Assembly: GCA_016201875.1 (NCBI GenBank)
Contig: JACQBY010000146.1
Location: 1 to 37,556, forward strand
Origin: Nitrospirota bacterium
Lineage (GTDB): Bacteria; Nitrospirota; Nitrospiria; JACQBW01
DNA: 37,556 nt
Reading direction: 5' to 3'
The position numbers and the translations under genes are program-made. Below are positions 26,604-35,985 of this stretch, in pieces; the first letter of the stretch is position 1; each line of letters starts with the position of its first letter. The notes under the pieces are model-generated. The model saw nothing but the letters and a program-made list of their open reading frames with translations, was not told the origin of the DNA and searched no databases.

Positions 26604-27048
26604 ACTTTCCGAAATCTTCAGGCCGGATGTTTTCGAGCCACCGGTCGAGCTCTTCGGCGCTATGCTTCTTCAAAACCTCATCACTGGTAAAAATAGGGGC
26701 TTCTGCCCGGAGACAAAGAGCGATGGAGTCGCTCGGGCGGGTATCGATGGTATACTCCGAGTCATTAAACATGATGTGGAGCTTTGAAAAATAGGTATTG
26801 TCTTTCAGGTCGGTGATCACGCAGCTGATCACGGAGGCCTTGAGTGAATCGAGAATGTTTTTGATCAGGTCGTGGGTCAAGGGACGCGAGGGAGTAATCC
26901 CCTCCAGGGCGAGGCTGATGGCGTTGGCCTCCGCCTTGCCTACCCAGATCGGGAGTATTTCGGCATTGTTTTCGTCTCTTAAAATGACAATATAGGCATT
27001 ATTCAAGGGATCAAACATCATCCCTTTAACCTTGATCTGGATTAACAT
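26593..27048 (-). CDS. DUF151 / bifunctional nuclease (BFN) domain protein, paralog 2
   Basis: ...YIVILRDENNAEILPIWVGKAEANAISLALEGITPSRPLTHDLIKNIL...SKLHIMFNDSEYTIDTRPSDSIALCLRAEAPIFTSDEV carries the same motif set as paralog 1. Confidence 0.8.
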   Translation of the reverse strand: MLIQIKVKGMMFDPLNNAYIVILRDENNAEILPIWVGKAEANAISLALEGITPSRPLTHDLIKNILDSLKASVISCVITDLKDNTYFSKLHIMFNDSEYTIDTRPSDSIALCLRAEAPIFTSDEVLKKHSAEELDRWLENIRPEDFGKYDA

Positions 27049-27141
27049 TCCGAAGCCTTCAATGACCTGAAAAATAGTCTAAATTAGAGTTTAATTTTAA
27101 CCCTTAACTCAGGGGGAAGTCAATCATAACCTCTGAATGTC

Positions 27142-27171
27142 TTGACATAAGTTAAACCATATTTCTATAAT
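27142..27171 (+). promoter_or_regulatory. Putative strong sigma70-type promoter of the tetrapyrrole operon
   Basis: Perfect TTGACA (27142-27147), an 18-nt spacer, then perfect TATAAT (27166-27171), about 70 nt upstream of the first ORF. Confidence 0.6.
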
Positions 27172-27243
27172 AAAAAAACATTTGCGGCGAAAAATTTGCT
27201 CCATAATATTATATAATAATAAAGTGTCACCTCATGGAAAGTA

Positions 27244-28059
27244 ATGGAAATACTTCTTTATAAGCTTCCCCTTCTCTTTTATTTTGCCGGGACCGTTGTC
27301 TATCTCCTTTTTTTTTCAATCAAAAAGGATTCTTTATCTAATATTGCCCTGGGGGTCACAGGGATCGGTTTTCTATTTCACACCTTTATCTTGATTCTCA
27401 GAACCGTTGAATCGGGGCACCTTCCCCTTTCGAACCTTTCCGGGGCCCTTTCCTTCTTTTCATGGGGAATGATCTTAACCTACCTGGTTTTAGAATACTG
27501 GTACCGTATCCATATCCTGGGCTCATTTATTCTCCCCCTGGCCTTTTTATCGCTCCTCTCTGCCGCCGCTTTTCCCAATGAAATCAGGTCTTTGCAGCCA
27601 GATCTGAACAGTTCCTGGTTCGGAATCCACACGACCCTGACGGTCCTCGGAGCGGTCGCCTTTACCATTGCTTTTGTGGCAGGAATGATGTATTTGATCC
27701 AGGAGAAGCTCCTAAAATCGAAACGGTTTAACAGGCTTTATTACAAACTCCCTTCTCTCGATCTTCTGGACCACCTGAACCAGTGGTCGATATCCGTCGG
27801 GTTCCCTTTGCTGACGCTCGGCATTTTGGCCGGAGCGCTCTGGGCGGGGGATGTCTGGGGAGCCTACTGGGTCTGGGACCCCCAGAGGATTTTCACATCG
27901 GTGACCTGGCTCTTTTACCTGGGGATGATCCATGGCCGGTTAACGGTCGGCTGGAGGGGAAGAAAAGCGGCTTATCTGGCCATTATCGGTTTCATGGGGG
28001 TCGTCTTCACTTTTTTTATTGTGAACCTTCTGGTCGAAGGGCCTCACCGGTTTATTTGA
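27244..28059 (+). CDS. Cytochrome c assembly family membrane protein (CcsA/HemX-like)
   Basis: Polytopic membrane protein carrying the W-rich motif WGAYWVWDPQRIFTSVTWLFY. Its position next to hemA recalls the Bacillus hemAXCDBL operon. Confidence 0.8.
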   Translation: MEILLYKLPLLFYFAGTVVYLLFFSIKKDSLSNIALGVTGIGFLFHTFILILRTVESGHLPLSNLSGALSFFSWGMILTYLVLEYWYRIHILGSFILPLAFLSLLSAAAFPNEIRSLQPDLNSSWFGIHTTLTVLGAVAFTIAFVAGMMYLIQEKLLKSKRFNRLYYKLPSLDLLDHLNQWSISVGFPLLTLGILAGALWAGDVWGAYWVWDPQRIFTSVTWLFYLGMIHGRLTVGWRGRKAAYLAIIGFMGVVFTFFIVNLLVEGPHRFI

Positions 28060-28080
28060 TTTTCAGGGATAGGGAACGAG

Positions 28081-29460
28081 ATGAATATTATTCTGGTCGG
28101 TTTGAACCATAAAACAGCCCCGGTGGAAATCAGGGAGAAATTCTCATTTCCCGAGGCCTCTATCGGAACCTTTCTGACCCAGCTGGTGACCTCCCCGTTG
28201 ATTTCAGAGGGGCTGATTTTGTCGACCTGCAACCGGGTGGAAATCTACGCCATCACCGAAAATGCCCCTGAGTGTTTCGATTACCTGAGCCGGTTTATTT
28301 ATGAAAATCAGAAATATCACGACAATATCTCTTTCGACCAATTAACCCGGCATCTTTATTTCTATTCTTCGACGGATGCGGTCAGTCATATCTTTCGGGT
28401 CTCTTCCAGCCTTGATTCCATGGTGGTCGGAGAGACCCAGATTTCGGGCCAGATCAAAGAAGCGTTTGATTACGCGATGATTAATAAAGCAACCGGTGTG
28501 ATCCTGAACAAGCTCTTTAAAAAAGCGATCTCGGTTGCCAAGCGGATCCGCTCCCAGACCAAAATCTCGGAAAACTCCGTATCGGTGAGCTATGCCGCCG
28601 TCGGGCTGGCTAAAAAAATATTCGGGGATTTGACTGGAAAGACCGTTTTGCTGGTCGGAGCGGGAGAAATGGCCGAGCTTGCCGCCCGTAACCTGGTCAA
28701 CAACGGGGTTAAAAATGTCCTGGTGACCAACCGGAATTATCAGCGGGCGGTTGAACTCGCCAGGGAGTTCAACGGAATTTCCGTAAAATTTGACGAGATC
28801 GGAGTCGAACTGGCGGAAGCCGACATTGTCATCTGTTCGACGGGGGCCCCCTATTACGTCATCAACTCTGACATGGTGGAAAATGCCGTCGGCCGGAGGA
28901 AAAACAGGCCGATTTTTCTGGTCGACATCTCCGTTCCCCGGAATATCGATCCTAAAATCAATACCCTGGGGAACGTTTTTCTCTATGATATTGACGATTT
29001 GCAGGCGGTGGTTGAAGCCAACCTGAAAGAAAGGCAGAAAGAGGCTGAAAAAGCCGAATTGATTATTGCCGAAGAAGTCGAAACCATGGACCGGTGGCTC
29101 AAATCGCTCAATGTGGTCCCCACGATCATTGCCATCCGTGAAAAGGTTGAAGCCATCCGCAAGTCGGAAGTGGATAAGACCATTTCCAAATGGCAAAGGG
29201 AATTGTCCGAGGAGGAGGTCGGCGCCATAGAGAATCTTTCTCAAAACATCATCAATAAGATCCTTCATTTTCCCCTCTCCGCTTTAAAAGCGGAGGCCCA
29301 CTTATCCGGCGGATCGGAAGTTATCGAGACCACGCGCAAGTTGTTTGACCTGGCGGAAGAGAAACAACCCTCTCAGGATCCCGAGGCCCCTCCGGCCGGC
29401 ACGGCGGAATCTCCGGAGGAACCGATTTCCAGATCAAGAGACTCCAGGGAAAATCAATAA
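28081..29460 (+). CDS. hemA: Glutamyl-tRNA reductase
   Basis: VGLNHKTAPVEIREK, the catalytic-Cys motif LSTCNRVEIY, the NADPH site LVGAGEMAEL, and LVDISVPRNID. It carries a Pro/Glu/Ser-rich C-terminal tail. Confidence 0.96.
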   Translation: MNIILVGLNHKTAPVEIREKFSFPEASIGTFLTQLVTSPLISEGLILSTCNRVEIYAITENAPECFDYLSRFIYENQKYHDNISFDQLTRHLYFYSSTDAVSHIFRVSSSLDSMVVGETQISGQIKEAFDYAMINKATGVILNKLFKKAISVAKRIRSQTKISENSVSVSYAAVGLAKKIFGDLTGKTVLLVGAGEMAELAARNLVNNGVKNVLVTNRNYQRAVELAREFNGISVKFDEIGVELAEADIVICSTGAPYYVINSDMVENAVGRRKNRPIFLVDISVPRNIDPKINTLGNVFLYDIDDLQAVVEANLKERQKEAEKAELIIAEEVETMDRWLKSLNVVPTIIAIREKVEAIRKSEVDKTISKWQRELSEEEVGAIENLSQNIINKILHFPLSALKAEAHLSGGSEVIETTRKLFDLAEEKQPSQDPEAPPAGTAESPEEPISRSRDSRENQ

Positions 29461-29525
29461 ACCATCGCCGGACCACATCAACTTTTAAAGATCCTTTGAC
29501 GATCAGGGAAGGTCAATAGTTTTTA

Positions 29526-30458
29526 ATGAGAGACGCTATCTGGATAGGAACACGGGGAAGCCGGCTTGCCCTCTGGCAGGCCGACTGGATTAAATCAAGC
29601 ATCGAAAAATATCATCCCGGGCTCCGGGTCTATCTTAAAATTATTCATACAGCGGGGGACAAGATTCTGGATGTTCCTCTGTCTCAGGTCGGGGGAAAGG
29701 GGCTCTTTGTCAAGGAGATCGAAGAAGAACTGCAGGAGGGGGAGGTCGATCTGGCAGTGCACAGCATGAAGGATGTCCCGTCCGAACTTCCCGGAGGCCT
29801 TCATCTCGGTTTTTATACGAACCAGGACGATCCTCGCGACGCGCTGATCAGCCGAGAAAGAAAGAAATTTAAGGACCTTCCCGCCGGCGGAAAAATAGGC
29901 ACCTCCAGTTTGAGAAGGCAGGCGCAGATTCTCCATGCCCGGCCCGATCTTAACATCATCTCCATCCGGGGAAATGTCGAGACCCGGCTCAGAAAACTGG
30001 AAGAGATGGGCCTGGATGGCGTGATCATGGCTGCCGCGGGGATCAAAAGGCTGGGTATGGAAAACCGGATTGCCGAAACGCTCGACCCGGAGATCTCTCT
30101 TCCGGCGGTCGGCCAGGGGGTTCTCGGGATCGAATTAAGAAAAGAAGACGCGGAGATTCATTCCATCCTCTCCTTTTTAGAAGAGCCTGAAACCCGCACC
30201 CGGCTGGTTGCCGAACGGAGTTTCTTAAAAAGACTCGAAGGGGGATGCCAGGTCCCGATCGGGGCCTATGCGACGGTCCAGGGGGGCCGGTTCCGGCTGC
30301 AGGGACTGGTTTGCAGTCTGGACGGAAGGGTGATGATCCGCGAATCGGTCGAAGGGGAGGCCAAAGAGGCAGAACCCCTGGGCGTTCAGCTTGCCGAAAA
30401 GATCCTTTCTCTGGGCGGGAAAGAAATTTTAGACGACGTGTATAAAAAGGAACGATGA
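29526..30458 (+). CDS. hemC: Hydroxymethylbilane synthase (porphobilinogen deaminase)
   Basis: IGTRGSRLALWQA, GGKGLFVKEIE, AVHSMKDVP, GTSSLRR and the cofactor-Cys region LEGGCQVPIG. Confidence 0.96.
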   Translation: MRDAIWIGTRGSRLALWQADWIKSSIEKYHPGLRVYLKIIHTAGDKILDVPLSQVGGKGLFVKEIEEELQEGEVDLAVHSMKDVPSELPGGLHLGFYTNQDDPRDALISRERKKFKDLPAGGKIGTSSLRRQAQILHARPDLNIISIRGNVETRLRKLEEMGLDGVIMAAAGIKRLGMENRIAETLDPEISLPAVGQGVLGIELRKEDAEIHSILSFLEEPETRTRLVAERSFLKRLEGGCQVPIGAYATVQGGRFRLQGLVCSLDGRVMIRESVEGEAKEAEPLGVQLAEKILSLGGKEILDDVYKKER

Positions 30459-31969
30459 AACGGGGAAAAGTTTATCTGGTGGGGGCCGGCCCCGGGGACC
30501 CTAAACTCCTGACCCTGAAAGGGAAAGAGTGCCTCGAGGAGGCCGACGTCATCTTATACGATTACCTGATTAACCCCGACCTCCTCGATTTTGCCAACCC
30601 CTCCGCCGAAAAAATATTTGTGGGAAAAAAAGGGAGCTCCGCTTTCAGGCAGGGAGAAATCAACGCCCTGATCATCCAGAAGACGATGGAGGGGAAGATC
30701 GTTGTGAGGCTTAAAGGGGGCGACCCGTTTATTTTCGGAAGGGGCGGGGAAGAGGCCGAAGCGCTCGTTGAAGAGGGAATCCTGTTTGAGGTCGTTCCCG
30801 GAATCACCTCCGCTATCGCGGCTCCGGCATACGCCGGAATTCCGCTGACCCATCGCGAAATCAGTTCCAGCGTCGCCTTTATCACCGCCCATGAAGACCC
30901 GGCCAAAATCGAATCGAGCGTCGATTGGTCCAGAATTTCAACCGGAATCGGCACCCTCGTTTTTTTTATGGGGTTGGGGAACCTGGAGATGATCGTCAGC
31001 CAGCTGATCCGGCATGGACGGAACCCCGACACCCCTGTGGCGCTGATTCAATGGGGCACCCGCTACGATCAAAAAACCGTCGTCGGAAAGTTAAAGGACA
31101 TCGAAGAAAAAGTAAAAGGGGCCGGGCTGGCTCCCCCTGTTTTAATTATTGTCGGCGAGGTGATCCATTTAAGGGAAAAGCTCAACTGGTTTGAGAAAAG
31201 GCCCCTTTTCGGAAAAAAGATACTCATTACCCGTTCGAAAGAGCAGTCGAAAGATTTTTCAGATCTTCTCTTTTATTACGGGGCCGAACCGGTGATCTTT
31301 CCGGCCATCCGGCTTCTCCCTCCCGACCGGTGGGATGAACTCGACCGGGCGATTTCCTCCCTGGAGGGGTTTGACTGGGTGATCTTTTCCAGCACCAACG
31401 GCGTCCAATTTTTTATGGACCGGTTGAAGGCGCTGGAAAAAGATATCCGGGCAATTCACCGGGTCAAAATCTGCGCCGTCGGTTCTTCCACAGCGGAAGC
31501 GTTATTGAAATACGGAATCAAAGCAGACCTGGTCCCGGCCTCCTTTCAGGGGGAGAGCGTTGTCGAAGCGTTTAACCGGATGGATATTCAAGGGGCCCGT
31601 TTTTTAATTCCCCGGGCGAAAGAGGCCCGGGAGGTCCTTCCCGAATCGCTGAAAAGAATGGGCGCCCGGGTCGAGGTGGTGGCCGCCTATCAAAATGTCA
31701 AACCGGTCGAAAATGTCGAGAAGATCAAAAAGCTCTTTTCAGAGGGGGAGATTTCGGTGGTTACTTTTACCAGCTCCTCGACGGTCAAAAATTTTACCGG
31801 GCTCTTTGATCCGGAAGTTTTAAAAGGCTACCTGAAAAAAGCCAAAATCGCCAGTATCGGGCCGATTACCTCCCAAACCCTCAAGGAGGCGGGATATCAG
31901 GCCGATATCGAGCCGAAAGAGCATACGATCCCGGCGTTAACCGAAGCCATTGTCCAATATTTCAACTAA
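30455..31969 (+). CDS. cobA/hemD: Fused uroporphyrinogen-III C-methyltransferase / uroporphyrinogen-III synthase
   Basis: The N-terminal half has VYLVGAGPGDPKLLTLKG...RLKGGDPFIFGRGGEE...VPGITSA (SUMT). The C-terminal 250 or so aa, LFGKKILITR...IFSSTNGV...TFTSSSTV, is HemD-like. The ATGA overlaps the hemC stop. Confidence 0.9.
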   Translation: MKRGKVYLVGAGPGDPKLLTLKGKECLEEADVILYDYLINPDLLDFANPSAEKIFVGKKGSSAFRQGEINALIIQKTMEGKIVVRLKGGDPFIFGRGGEEAEALVEEGILFEVVPGITSAIAAPAYAGIPLTHREISSSVAFITAHEDPAKIESSVDWSRISTGIGTLVFFMGLGNLEMIVSQLIRHGRNPDTPVALIQWGTRYDQKTVVGKLKDIEEKVKGAGLAPPVLIIVGEVIHLREKLNWFEKRPLFGKKILITRSKEQSKDFSDLLFYYGAEPVIFPAIRLLPPDRWDELDRAISSLEGFDWVIFSSTNGVQFFMDRLKALEKDIRAIHRVKICAVGSSTAEALLKYGIKADLVPASFQGESVVEAFNRMDIQGARFLIPRAKEAREVLPESLKRMGARVEVVAAYQNVKPVENVEKIKKLFSEGEISVVTFTSSSTVKNFTGLFDPEVLKGYLKKAKIASIGPITSQTLKEAGYQADIEPKEHTIPALTEAIVQYFN

Positions 31970-31978
31970 AGAGGCGCT

Positions 31979-32953
31979 ATGTCATTTCCGATTCAACGTC
32001 CCAGACGGTTAAGAAACAGCGAAGTTTTAAGGAAAATGGTCCGTGAGACTCATTTAGAGGCCGACCGGCTGATCTATCCTCTTTTTGTGACTTTTGGAAA
32101 AGGGGTCAAATCGGAGATCTCTTCGATGCCGGGGAATTACCGTTTTTCCGCCGACCGACTTCTTCAGGAGATTCAGGAAGCGAATACTCTCGGCATCTCT
32201 TCGGTGATTTTATTCGGCATCCCTGAAAAAAAAGATGAATCGGGGAGCGAAGCCTGCAATCCGGACGGGGTGGTTCAAACAGCCGTCAGGCGGATCAAAG
32301 ACAAATTCCCGGAGATGATCGTCATCACCGATGTCTGTATCGACGAGTATACCTCCCATGGGCATTGCGGGGTGGTCAAAAACGGGAAAATCGACAATGA
32401 CGAAACCCTGGCGCTTCTGGCCAAAATGGCCCTGACGCATGTCGAGGCAGGCGCCGATATGGTGGCCCCGTCGGATATGATGGACGGAAGGGTCGGCGTC
32501 ATACGCAAATCCCTGGACCGTGCCGGAAAAACCGACATTCCGATCATGGCCTACTCGGCGAAATATGCCTCCTGTTTTTACGGGCCTTTCCGCGAAGCGG
32601 CTCAATCCTCTCCCCTTTTCGGGGACCGTAAAACCTATCAGATGGACCCCCCCAACAGCCGGGAGTCGCTCAGAGAGGTCGCGCTCGACATCGAAGAAGG
32701 GGCCGATATCGTCATGGTGAAACCGGCCATGCCGTATCTCGATATTATTTACCGGGTCAAGAGCGCTTTTAATGTGCCTGTCGCGGCTTACCAGGTGAGC
32801 GGAGAATATGCGATGATTAAAGCGGCGGAAAAAAACGGATGGATCGACGGGAAGTCGGCCATGATGGAGTCTCTGATTTCAATTAAAAGGGCGGGCGCGG
32901 ATATCATTTTAACCTATTTTGCCAGAGAAGCCGCCAGAATCCTGAACGGATGA
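31979..32953 (+). CDS. hemB: Porphobilinogen synthase (ALA dehydratase)
   Basis: [26 protein letters not shown], the active-site Lys regions ([12 protein letters not shown]; ...[11 protein letters not shown]), and ILTYFA. Confidence 0.96.
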   Translation: MSFPIQRPRRLRNSEVLRKMVRETHLEADRLIYPLFVTFGKGVKSEISSMPGNYRFSADRLLQEIQEANTLGISSVILFGIPEKKDESGSEACNPDGVVQTAVRRIKDKFPEMIVITDVCIDEYTSHGHCGVVKNGKIDNDETLALLAKMALTHVEAGADMVAPSDMMDGRVGVIRKSLDRAGKTDIPIMAYSAKYASCFYGPFREAAQSSPLFGDRKTYQMDPPNSRESLREVALDIEEGADIVMVKPAMPYLDIIYRVKSAFNVPVAAYQVSGEYAMIKAAEKNGWIDGKSAMMESLISIKRAGADIILTYFAREAARILNG

Positions 32954-33759
32954 ACCCTCAATTCCTTAAAAACATTCCGGAAGGGGCGAAATTCCCTTAC
33001 CCGGTTCTGGGGCTGGGAAATTTTGACGGGCTTCATGTCGGGCATCAATCCATTTTAAGAAAAGTGTCGGAGCGGGCAAAAGAAATGGGAGGGTCCTCTC
33101 TTGCCCTGACGTTTGAGCCCCACCCGCTCAAAGTCCTTTTTCCCGACCGTCCGCTTGAATTGTTAAGCTCGTCTCAGGAAAAGCTCGATCTGATCGGACA
33201 ATGCGGGATCGACACGATCTTCTGCCTGGAATTTACAAAAACCTTTGCCCTTCAGAGCCCGCGCGAATTTGCCAGAACATTTCTGGTCGACCGGTTAAAG
33301 ATTAAAGAGGCTTTTGTCGGGCCGAATTACGGTTTTGGAAGAGGCCGGTCGGGAAATGTCGAGACGCTAAGGCTTCTTGGGGAGGAGTTCGGGTTTAAAG
33401 TGAATGTCGTCGCTCCGGTGACCCTGAACGGACAGATGGTGAGCTCTTCCCTGATACGGAGTCTGCTGGGTGAAGGAAAAGTCGATCAGGTCATCCCCTT
33501 TTTGGGGCGCCCCTATCTTTTAGAGGGGGATGTGCGGGAAGGAGAGGGAAGAGGAAAAACCCTCGGTTATCCGACGGCCAATATCCTCCCTGACGGAAAG
33601 CTGATCCCAAAGAATGGCGTTTACGCGGTGACGGTGGAGATGAAAGAGAAGCGCCATCCGGCGATCGTCTATATCGGGACCCAGCCGACTTTTCAAAAGA
33701 CCCTCAGACAGATCGAAGCCTATCTGTTTGATTTTACTTTCCAGACCGGAATGCCTTGA
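32950..33759 (+). CDS. ribF: Bifunctional riboflavin kinase / FAD synthetase, apparently 3'-truncated by a deletion plus frameshift
   Basis: [13 protein letters not shown] (FAD synthetase), SSSLIR, and the riboflavin kinase region [15 protein letters not shown]...GVYAV...IGTQPTF...IEAYLFDF. The ORF then ends as TFQTGMP*, where homologs continue for about 40 aa. The ATGA overlaps the hemB stop. Confidence 0.8.
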   Translation: MNPQFLKNIPEGAKFPYPVLGLGNFDGLHVGHQSILRKVSERAKEMGGSSLALTFEPHPLKVLFPDRPLELLSSSQEKLDLIGQCGIDTIFCLEFTKTFALQSPREFARTFLVDRLKIKEAFVGPNYGFGRGRSGNVETLRLLGEEFGFKVNVVAPVTLNGQMVSSSLIRSLLGEGKVDQVIPFLGRPYLLEGDVREGEGRGKTLGYPTANILPDGKLIPKNGVYAVTVEMKEKRHPAIVYIGTQPTFQKTLRQIEAYLFDFTFQTGMP

Positions 33760-33819
33760 TCCAGCAGATAGAAAAAGATATTTTAAAGGCAAAAGAGATC
33801 CTCAGGACGGCCCCGAAAA

Positions 33820-35208
33820 ATGGTTATGATCAATGAGGTCCGGAAGAACCTGAAGCAGTTCGGCGTCAAACCGGGGGCTCTCCTGATCGTGGCGGTCTCC
33901 GGCGGGGCGGACTCCATCTCCCTTCTCCATCTTCTTTCCGAACTGGGAAAAGAGGTTCCCTTTAAGCTTCACGCCGCTCATCTCAACCACTCCCTGAGAG
34001 GGGCGGAGTCCGACGAAGATGCCGAATTCGTCAGGAAATTTTCAAACGCGCTCGGCATTCCCTCCACCCTGGTTAAAAAAGATATCGCGTCTCTTGCCCG
34101 AACGATGAAAAAATCAAAACAGGAAGCGGCCCGCAGGGTCCGTTACGAGGTGTTGGAAGAGATCCTGAAAAAAGAAAAAGGGGATTGGATCGTCACGGCT
34201 CATCAGGCCGAAGACCAGGCCGAGACCTTTCTCATGCGGCTGATCCGGGGCTCCGGGAGCCATGGCTTATCTTCCATCCCCCGTCTCCGGGGGGAGGTGA
34301 TCCGCCCTCTTTATCAAATCACCCGGGGTGAAATCGAAGAATATCTTAAACGGCATCGGCTCTCCCACCGGGAAGATTCTTCAAATCAGCTCCCGCTTTA
34401 TTTAAGGAATCGGATCCGGCATGGCCTGATGCCGGTTCTCAAAAAATACAACCCGAAAATTGTCCGGACGCTTGTCCATGAAGCCGACATTCTCTTTGAA
34501 GAAGACCGGTTCCTCGAAGAGGTGGTTTCAGAAAAACTGGGGGAACTCGTCGATTTTTCAGCCGCAACAGGGCCTGTCTTAATGATCTCCCCATTTTTAA
34601 GGGAGCCCCTTGCGCTTCAGCGCCGGATTTTAAGAAGGGTCCTTTTCAGGCTCCGGGGGGATTTGCTCAATCTCCACTTCAGCCATATTGAGCAATTGGT
34701 AGATCTCGCCCAAAGGGGGGATACGGGGAGCGCTCTGCACCTCCCGGGCCGGATCGAAATCTACCGATGTTACGGGACCCTGATGTTTATCGATCCGAAA
34801 GGGATGCCCCGCAAACCGGAAGGTGCGATCCCTCTTCCGGTTCCGGGAGAGGCCTCTTTGCCGGAATTAAACATCATCTTCAGGGCCTCTCCGGTTACCG
34901 GGGCGCCGGAGAAGAGCGCCTATCCGGACGAGATTCTCTTTGATCTCGATCAGATCACCCTGCCGTTAGCGGTCAGAACCCGAAGGGCGGGGGACTCCAT
35001 CCGTCCGGTCCGTTTAAAGGGGAAAAAGAAAAAACTCCAGGACCTCTTTGTCGATTTAAAAACGCCGGGGCCATTGAGGGATTTTATCCCCCTGATTGCA
35101 GGTCCCGACCGGATTCTCTGGGGGATGGGAATCGGACAGGATTTTAAATCGTCGGTTTCTTCCGAAACAAAAAGAGCTTTACGGATCGACATCGAACGAT
35201 TCCCCTGA
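33820..35208 (+). CDS. tilS: tRNA(Ile)-lysidine synthase
   Basis: PP-loop VAVSGGADSISLL, ...AHLNHSLRG..SD.D, and TAHQAEDQAETFLMRLIRGSG. 462 aa, with the C-terminal TilS substrate-binding domain. Confidence 0.93.
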   Translation: MVMINEVRKNLKQFGVKPGALLIVAVSGGADSISLLHLLSELGKEVPFKLHAAHLNHSLRGAESDEDAEFVRKFSNALGIPSTLVKKDIASLARTMKKSKQEAARRVRYEVLEEILKKEKGDWIVTAHQAEDQAETFLMRLIRGSGSHGLSSIPRLRGEVIRPLYQITRGEIEEYLKRHRLSHREDSSNQLPLYLRNRIRHGLMPVLKKYNPKIVRTLVHEADILFEEDRFLEEVVSEKLGELVDFSAATGPVLMISPFLREPLALQRRILRRVLFRLRGDLLNLHFSHIEQLVDLAQRGDTGSALHLPGRIEIYRCYGTLMFIDPKGMPRKPEGAIPLPVPGEASLPELNIIFRASPVTGAPEKSAYPDEILFDLDQITLPLAVRTRRAGDSIRPVRLKGKKKKLQDLFVDLKTPGPLRDFIPLIAGPDRILWGMGIGQDFKSSVSSETKRALRIDIERFP

Positions 35209-35348
35209 ACCCGGGTCGGCGGCAGATCAGGGGATTAGAATAAAGTGCTTGATTTTTTTGTCCGAGTATGAAAAATTTTCTTATGGTATTATTACAGGTA
35301 GAGCCCTTTATCAGGAAAGGTGTTGTCTCTCCGGGAGCAGGAAGCCCA

Positions 35349-35885
35349 ATGAATAAAAAAATTTTCGGAAAACCGATCATCACCCAGGAAGCAGTGCAGA
35401 AAAGAATCAAAGAACTTGGGAGTAACATTACCCGGGATTACGCCGGACAGGAGCTCTACCTCATCGGCGTTTTAAAAGGGGCTTTTGCGTTTTATGCCGA
35501 TCTGGCAAGGGTCATCTCGCTCCCTGTCCGAGTCGGTTTTATCCTTGCGTCCAGTTATCAGGGGGCGACCCATTCCTCGGGGAAAGTGAAGATCCTCTCC
35601 GATATCGTGGATGATATCAAGGGGAAGAATGTCCTCCTGGTGGAAGATATTGTCGATTCGGGGCTGACATTGCAGTTCCTGAACAAAACATTAAAAGCCA
35701 AAAAGCCCAAATCGCTGAAAGTCTGTGTCCTTTTAAATAAAACCGAGGGGCGCCAGGTCGATGTCGATCTGGATTATATCGGCTTTGAAATCCCTGATAA
35801 ATATATCGTCGGTTACGGCCTCGATTACGATAATAAATACCGGAACCTTCCCTACCTGGCGATTTTAGAAAATATCCACGAGTAA
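35349..35885 (+). CDS. hpt: Hypoxanthine phosphoribosyltransferase
   Basis: I prefer the ATG at 35349 (MNKKIFGKPIITQEAVQKRIKELG), since the track's 35268 start adds an implausible leader. PRPP motif VLLVEDIVDSGLTL and YIVGYGLDY. The order tilS-hpt-ftsH is conserved. Confidence 0.92.
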   Translation: MNKKIFGKPIITQEAVQKRIKELGSNITRDYAGQELYLIGVLKGAFAFYADLARVISLPVRVGFILASSYQGATHSSGKVKILSDIVDDIKGKNVLLVEDIVDSGLTLQFLNKTLKAKKPKSLKVCVLLNKTEGRQVDVDLDYIGFEIPDKYIVGYGLDYDNKYRNLPYLAILENIHE

Positions 35886-35985
35886 AGATTACTAATAAAG
35901 AAATATTATTGCCGTTCGGAATTATTTTGTGATAAACTAAAAACTCAATTCGTGAATTCGTGTGAGTCCGGCGGAGAAGGAATAA

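Noticed and set aside
27234-27263. A 9-codon uORF (MESNGNTSL) overlapping the start of the ccsA/hemX-like gene.
   Set aside because: It is very short, has no convincing Shine-Dalgarno sequence and no support beyond being an ATG-to-stop run in AT-rich leader sequence.
28342-29268. A 308-aa minus-strand ORF antisense to hemA. Similar long antisense ORFs occur at 36522-37202 (in ftsH), 1230-1919 (in hemF), 4489-5061, 10867-11436 and 17090-17623.
   Set aside because: Each lies entirely inside a gene whose sense-strand product is an unmistakable conserved protein. Their translations are low-complexity, Arg/Gly/Pro/Phe-rich and carry no motifs. They are typical shadow ORFs created by codon bias.
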